Origin: Myxococcota bacterium
Lineage (GTDB): Bacteria; Myxococcota_A; UBA796; CAJQPC01
DNA: 50,354 nucleotides
Assembly (NCBI GenBank): GCA_036229005.1
Contig: JAZAMN010000012.1
Coordinates: 1-50,354 of the forward strand
Direction: 5' to 3'
Both the position numbers and the translations under genes were made by a program. Of the stretch, positions 45,463-50,354 are shown in pieces (position 1 is the stretch's first letter; the number at the start of each line of letters is the position of its first letter). Under the pieces are notes generated by a model. The model had not been told where the DNA came from. It saw only the letters and a list, made by a program, of their open reading frames with translations, and did not search any database.

Positions 45463-46350
45463 ATGGATCATCACCGCAGAAAGGACGAGGGGCTGACCGA
45501 GCGTCTACATCGACGCGCGGCCCTCTCTGCATACAGCACTCTGAGGCGGATCCGCTGGACCCTGCAGCGGCGGGCCTTCAGCGCCCTCCCGCTGGCCCCG
45601 CTTGGCGCCCACACCCACCTGGCACACAGCGAGCGCCTGCCCCTGGCCCGGTCCGACAGCGCCGCACACCCCCTGCTGGAGGCCGGCAAGCGCCACAACG
45701 TCGCCTTGGCCATCCCCGCATTCCACGGGCGGCTGCTGACGCCCCAGAGGCCCCTCTCCTTCTGGCGGACCCTGGGCCCCGCAACGCTGGAGCGCGGCTA
45801 CCGACACGGCATGGAGCTCCAGGCCGGCTGCGTCGTCCCCGCGATCGGCGGCGGCCTCTGCCTGCTCTCCAACGGCCTGTTCCGCCTGGCGGTGCACATG
45901 GGCTGGGAGATCCTGGAGCGCCACGGCCACACCACCCAGGCCGTGCCCTCCGCCCCCGGCGAGCTCTTTGGGCTGGATGCGACGCTCTACTACCCCTACG
46001 TCGACCTGCGGATCGCCCCCCGAAGCGGCTCGGCCCGCCTGGATCTGAGCATCCAGGGCGACGCGCTCGTGATCTCCGCGTACACCGACGCTCCCCTGCC
46101 CTACCAGGTCAGCCTGGAGGAGGAGGAGCTGGAGTCCCCCGCCCCAGATCTGCGGTCCACCCGACTACACCGTCACCTCACAGACCCCTCTGGACTCCGG
46201 CTCACCAGCGAGGTCATCGCGGTGACGACCAAGCGCCTGCTCTTTGACGAGGCCCAGCTCAAGCAGAGCTGCCTGAGCTGCGGGCAGATGGACTGCCACG
46301 CCCGGCCCTCCGAGCAGGAGCTGGCGCCCACCCGCGCGCTGACCGCATGA
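45463..46350 (+). CDS. VanW family protein
   Basis: GKRHNVALA, LSFWRTLG, GGGLCLLSNGLF, ERHGH, DATLYYPYVDLR; C-terminal CLSCGQMDC. Confidence 0.88.
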   Translation: MDHHRRKDEGLTERLHRRAALSAYSTLRRIRWTLQRRAFSALPLAPLGAHTHLAHSERLPLARSDSAAHPLLEAGKRHNVALAIPAFHGRLLTPQRPLSFWRTLGPATLERGYRHGMELQAGCVVPAIGGGLCLLSNGLFRLAVHMGWEILERHGHTTQAVPSAPGELFGLDATLYYPYVDLRIAPRSGSARLDLSIQGDALVISAYTDAPLPYQVSLEEEELESPAPDLRSTRLHRHLTDPSGLRLTSEVIAVTTKRLLFDEAQLKQSCLSCGQMDCHARPSEQELAPTRALTA

Positions 46351-47297
46351 GGCTGCTGCTGCTGCCCGAGGGCCCAACCCCTTGGTCCGAGGCCCTCCAG
46401 GAGGACCTGGGCGGCACCTGGACCACGCTCTCCCCGCCCCCCACGCTCTTCAGGGCGTGGATGCGCGCCGCCGGCACCAGCGCCCCCCGGCGCATCCGAG
46501 CCCGCCTGGACTGGCGGCGCTGGGTGGGTCGCTGGGCCGCTGGACGCTTGCCCCCAGAGCTGGAGCTGATCGCGGCCCCCAGCCTCGCCGCCCGACGCCC
46601 CTTCGCGGCGGCCCAGGCTCAGGGGGCGCAGTGCGTGCTGGCGGAGGACCTCCCCGATCTGCGGCGCCTGGCCGCCGAGCTGGACCAGGCCGTCGCCGCC
46701 CACCCGGACGCCCCCCTGCTGCGCCGACACCGCCCGGAGCCGGCGCGGATCGCCACCCAGGAGGCGGAGCGCGTTCTGGCTCAGCGTGTCCTCGTCGGGG
46801 CCAGGGATCGCGTGGTTGCTGGGGTGGACTGCGGTGCTCTGCGGTGGGCCCCACAGCCGGTGGTGCCCCCCAGCCCCTCCTCCCGAAGCCTGCTGCTGGC
46901 GGGGGTCCCAGTGGCCCGCTCGGGGACCTTCGAGGCGCTGCGGGCCCTCTCGGAGCTGCCGGAGCTGGAGCTTCTGATCCGACCGGCGGAGGCCGTGGAG
47001 CCCCCCGGTCTGCTGCGTCACCCCCGCGTCCGGCTCGCGCGCCCCCAGGAGCTCGCCTTGGAGGGGATCGCCGCGGTGATCGCACCGAGCTGGGTGCAAG
47101 TACAGCTCCCGGTGCTGGATCGGGCGCAGCGCAGCGGGATCCCCGTGATCGCCACCCGGCGGGCGGCGGGCTGGCTGGAGCTGCCGGCACAGGCCACCTT
47201 GCAGGCCCCATCTGCCCCAGAGCTCCAGCGGGCGGTTGCCGCGTGCGTCCCAGCGTGCAACTGTTCAGGCCATGACCCGGCACCTCCCCCAGGCTGA
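46347..47297 (+). CDS. Degenerate GT-B/GT4 glycosyltransferase-like protein
   Basis: ATGA overlap with vanW; ARSG..EAL, VIAPSWVQ, SGIPVIATRRAAG resemble a GT4 C-terminal half. Confidence 0.55.
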   Translation: MRLLLLPEGPTPWSEALQEDLGGTWTTLSPPPTLFRAWMRAAGTSAPRRIRARLDWRRWVGRWAAGRLPPELELIAAPSLAARRPFAAAQAQGAQCVLAEDLPDLRRLAAELDQAVAAHPDAPLLRRHRPEPARIATQEAERVLAQRVLVGARDRVVAGVDCGALRWAPQPVVPPSPSSRSLLLAGVPVARSGTFEALRALSELPELELLIRPAEAVEPPGLLRHPRVRLARPQELALEGIAAVIAPSWVQVQLPVLDRAQRSGIPVIATRRAAGWLELPAQATLQAPSAPELQRAVAACVPACNCSGHDPAPPPG

Positions 47298-47883
47298 GCG
47301 CGAAGAGCAGATCCTTCGGGCCGCGCGAAAGGTCTTCATCGAGAAGGGCTTCGAGAAGACGCGCATGTCCGACGTGGCCGGCGCGGCGGGCCTGTCCAAG
47401 GGCGCGGTCTACTTCTACTTCGACTCCAAGCAGGCGCTGATCCAGGCGCTCGCCTCCCAGGAGCACCAGCGCGCCCAGGCGATCCTGGACGAGGTGCTGG
47501 CCCACCGCGATCTGGCGGCGGAGCAGAACCTGACCGACCTGCTGCGCATGCTGCTGCACCACTTCCTGACCCTGCGGCGCCGCCCCCGCTTCTTCATGCT
47601 GGTCTCCGAGCTGGCCACCCGGGACGAGCTGCAGCGCGCCAACTTCCTGGAGACCCACAACCGCCTGATGGAGAGCATCGTGGCGGTCGTGAGCCAGGGC
47701 ATCGAAGACGGCACCTTCCGAAAGGTGGACCCCCACGTGGTCGCCGCGGTCCTCAAGGCCTCCTCGGACGGGCTGACCCTGGAGCGGGCCATCGGCGCCG
47801 ACCCCGTGGGCGAGCCGGAGCACATCATCCAGGAGACCATCGACCTCTTCCTGCACGGCGTGCTGCCGCCGGAGTCCGCATGA
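47272..47883 (+). CDS. TetR/AcrR family transcriptional regulator
   Basis: FIEKGFEKTRMSDVAGAAGLSKGAVYFYFDSKQAL. Confidence 0.92.
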   Translation: MTRHLPQAEREEQILRAARKVFIEKGFEKTRMSDVAGAAGLSKGAVYFYFDSKQALIQALASQEHQRAQAILDEVLAHRDLAAEQNLTDLLRMLLHHFLTLRRRPRFFMLVSELATRDELQRANFLETHNRLMESIVAVVSQGIEDGTFRKVDPHVVAAVLKASSDGLTLERAIGADPVGEPEHIIQETIDLFLHGVLPPESA

Positions 47884-48275
47884 GCCCGGATCAGACCCTG
47901 GGGCTCGCCCAGCGCCACCGCACGCTGCGCTGGATGGGTGTGCCGCTGTTCTGGCTGGGCGTGCTGGGCATCCTGACGGCGCTCTACGCGCGCTTTGCGG
48001 CCGAGGGCGCATGGGGCGGCGTGATGCTCTACGTCGCGGCGACGGGGCTCTCCCTGGGTACCTTCGGGCTGCACAACGACACGGCGCTGGCCATGCTGCT
48101 GCGGGCGCCCTCCCTGCCCGCCGGTCCCGCCAAGGCTGAGCTGGACGCTGAGCTCCGGGCCGACCGCCTGGCCGTCAACGCGCTGTCGCCTTCCCCCAAG
48201 GCCAGCTACGCGGCCACCGCCCTGGCCTTCGCGCTCCACGCGGCCGCAGCCTGGAAGCTCATGGGTGCGCTCTAG
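47880..48275 (+). CDS. Small membrane protein
   Basis: Three hydrophobic segments; ATGA overlap with tetR. Confidence 0.65.
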   Translation: MSPDQTLGLAQRHRTLRWMGVPLFWLGVLGILTALYARFAAEGAWGGVMLYVAATGLSLGTFGLHNDTALAMLLRAPSLPAGPAKAELDAELRADRLAVNALSPSPKASYAATALAFALHAAAAWKLMGAL

Positions 48276-49400
48276 GTGGCGGCCTTCGCCCTGGTCGGCC
48301 TGGATCGTCAGATCCACCTCGCAGGGGCCGGTGGGGTGCGCGCCCTGACGATGGACCTGGGGGCGAACCCCCTTCTTTGGGGGCAGCACGACATCCAGAG
48401 CGCCGCCTGGAGCTGGCCGACCTGGTCCCCGGACGGCGCCCGACTGGCGGCCATCGAGCTCCCCAGCGGCGGAGAGGATGACCTCGCTGGGCCGGCGCGG
48501 GTACAGATCCTGGAGCAGGACGGCCTGCGTCAGAGGGTGATCCTGGAGCCCAAGGGACAGGTCCCCATCGCCCTCTCCTGGTCCCCGGATGGTGAGCAGC
48601 TCGGTGTGCTGCTGCAGGACGAGGAGACCCTGAGCCTGATGGCCTGTCCTCTGGATGGGAGCCGGCCGCGGGAGGTGGAGTCAGGAGCGCCTCTGTTCTT
48701 CTCGTGGGTCGGGGCTCACCTCCTCACACACGCGGGGGACCCACCTCGGGTGGTGCTCCACGGCGCCGACGAGGACAGGCTGGTGAGTGACCGCCCTGGC
48801 GAGTTCTGCGTGCCCCTGGAGGTGTGCGGGAGCCTGTTTCACGTGCAGCGCATCGGGGGTCTGAGCCGGCTGATGCGGACACAAGGTGGCCAGACCGAGG
48901 CCCTGCAGGTGCTCCAGGGGCTGACCGCGATGGTCCCGGACGGAGACAGCCTGCTGCTCTCGACTGCGGGGGGCGGCCAAGGCACGCCCTACCGCGGGGT
49001 GCACCGGATGGACGCGCGCAGCGGGCTCAGCTCGCAGCTCAGCGACGAGGAGTGCCTGGCCTTCTACCCGGTCCCGGGGCGCGGAGGCGTGCTGATGGTG
49101 CGGGTGGACAGCGCGCGCAACTGTCTGCGCTGGGAGCTCGTGGATTCGGGGGGAGAGCGGCGGGAGCTGGCGGCCTTCTGGCCCAGCCGGGAGACCCTCT
49201 GGAGTCTGCAGTTCTTTGAGCACTTCGCCCTGAGCAACCCGCCGGTGGACCCGCGCGGGGAGAAGCTGGTCTACGCCGGCTACCCCGCGGGTGCGGACCC
49301 CCGCCGCGCCAAGGCAGAGGTCTTCACGCTGGATCTGGACCAGGGGGCTCCCCCCCTCCCGATCCACACAGGCAGCTTTGCCTGCTTCCCCCCCGGTTGA
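48276..49400 (+). CDS. TolB-like (PD40) beta-propeller protein
   Basis: WPTWSPDGARLA, LSWSPDGEQL, FFSW, DPRGEKLVY. Confidence 0.7.
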   Translation: MAAFALVGLDRQIHLAGAGGVRALTMDLGANPLLWGQHDIQSAAWSWPTWSPDGARLAAIELPSGGEDDLAGPARVQILEQDGLRQRVILEPKGQVPIALSWSPDGEQLGVLLQDEETLSLMACPLDGSRPREVESGAPLFFSWVGAHLLTHAGDPPRVVLHGADEDRLVSDRPGEFCVPLEVCGSLFHVQRIGGLSRLMRTQGGQTEALQVLQGLTAMVPDGDSLLLSTAGGGQGTPYRGVHRMDARSGLSSQLSDEECLAFYPVPGRGGVLMVRVDSARNCLRWELVDSGGERRELAAFWPSRETLWSLQFFEHFALSNPPVDPRGEKLVYAGYPAGADPRRAKAEVFTLDLDQGAPPLPIHTGSFACFPPG

Positions 49401-49447
49401 CGCCCATTGCACGCCCGCTATAGGGCAGAGAGAAAGGAGCAGCACCC

Positions 49448-50197
49448 ATGGCCCTCAAAGACCGCCTCTCCAGCTTGATCTCCGGCCCTGCGGGGCACGT
49501 CGTCGAGGCGCCCGTGCGCGAGCTCGTCCAGGAGGCGCTGCAGCAAGGCAACGTGGCCAGCGTGCAGGAGCTCCAGCAGCTCCGCCGCGAGCTGGGCGCA
49601 TCCGGTGAGCGCATCCGGGCGCTGGAGGCCCGCCTGGACACCCTGGCCGAGGCTGTGGCGACGCTGCAGGCGCAGGCCGACACCTTCGCCGCCCAGGCCC
49701 AGGAGGCGCAGCAGGCGCTGGCCCAGGCCCGCGCGCAGCTCGCCAAGGCCGCCCAGTCGAAGGCCGCCGAGGTGAAGGCCGCCGCTCCCAAGGCCGAGGC
49801 TGCCCCCAAGGCCAAGGCGGAGTCCGCTCCGAAGGCCGCCGAGCCCAAGGCCAAGGCCGAACCCAAGGCTGATGCCAAGGCCAAGGCCGCCCCCAAGAAG
49901 GAGAGCAAGGCCAGCAAGCGCCGCGGGGGCCGCAAGAGCCTCAAGGCGATGGGCTGCAAGGTCCCGGGCTGCAAGGATCCCCACCGCTCCAAGGGCTTCT
50001 GCAGCCGCCACTACCAAGGCTGGCGTCGCGGCCGCCTGGAGGGCTTCGTGGGTCCCGAGGGCTACGTGGTCGACGGCGAGCGCGGCTTCCGCGTGGACGC
50101 CAAGCTGCAGGGCCAGCCGGTCAAGGTGAGCGGCACCGGCGAGAAGACCTCGCTCAAGGTCGGCGGCGAGGCCGTGGAGTTCACGGTCGCCGATTAG
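49448..50197 (+). CDS. Coiled-coil + Ala/Lys/Pro-rich + C3H zinc-finger protein (myxobacterial VegA-like)
   Basis: Strong SD AAAGGAG; heptads; APKA repeats; CKVPGC...SKGFCSRHYQ. Confidence 0.7.
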   Translation: MALKDRLSSLISGPAGHVVEAPVRELVQEALQQGNVASVQELQQLRRELGASGERIRALEARLDTLAEAVATLQAQADTFAAQAQEAQQALAQARAQLAKAAQSKAAEVKAAAPKAEAAPKAKAESAPKAAEPKAKAEPKADAKAKAAPKKESKASKRRGGRKSLKAMGCKVPGCKDPHRSKGFCSRHYQGWRRGRLEGFVGPEGYVVDGERGFRVDAKLQGQPVKVSGTGEKTSLKVGGEAVEFTVAD

Positions 50198-50255
50198 TTC
50201 TCCGAATCGCAAGTCCCAACACCCTTGGTGTCGGGACTTGCGGCTCAGAGAACTA
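50195..50255. terminator. Long hairpin after the stop codon
   Basis: tagttctc..cgcaagtcccaacacc-ctt-ggtgtcgggacttgcg..gagaacta; no U-tract. Confidence 0.55.
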
Positions 50256-50260
50256 TTGTC

Positions 50261-50354
50261 TTCTCCGGGGGACACCCCCGGAATGCGCCTCCGGCGCACC
50301 CCCGCGGGCCCACTCGGGCCCGGCGTTCTGCCGGACTCTTCCGTGTTGTGACTT
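50261..50354. repeat. Diverged third member of the repeat family at 30-336, truncated by the window end
   Basis: Same module order: G-run/C-run hairpin, tgcgcctccggcgca, C-run, hairpin, gttctgccggactct. Confidence 0.65.

Noticed and set aside
45463..46350. Vancomycin-resistance cluster
   Set aside because: No vanH/A/X/R/S; VanW domains are widespread outside resistance loci.

Overview
High-GC (about 70% by eye) bacterial chromosome segment. The gene repertoire (MYXO-CTERM-like surface protein with MopE-type Cys/Asp repeats, myxobacterial-type TonB receptor, VegA-like zinc-finger protein) suggests a Myxococcota-like host; this is inference. Backbone genes: dnaE2, an isolated fliF-fliG-fliH-fliI block running into lipoprotein/TonB-receptor/Smr genes, an atypical type-2 ileS, hslR, mscS, murJ, a B12 radical SAM enzyme, Hpt and VanW genes. 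The main accessory element is a 7.6-kb lower-GC island (15451-23057) carrying a four-gene operon: C5 DNA methyltransferase, MORC/GHKL ATPase with an extra EcoRII-N/B3-like N-terminal domain, Z1 SF2 helicase-like protein, and DUF4420 PD-(D/E)XK nuclease. It has no integrase and is bounded by a 139-bp imperfect direct repeat made of two allelic versions of a lipoprotein gene's 3' end. Non-coding highlights are two outward-facing candidate sRNAs sharing three ordered motifs, a multi-hairpin dispersed repeat family (one copy buries the dnaE2 Shine-Dalgarno), and a structured leader after dnaE2. No rRNA, tRNA, CRISPR array or transposase was recognised. All calls were made by eye, without database searches.
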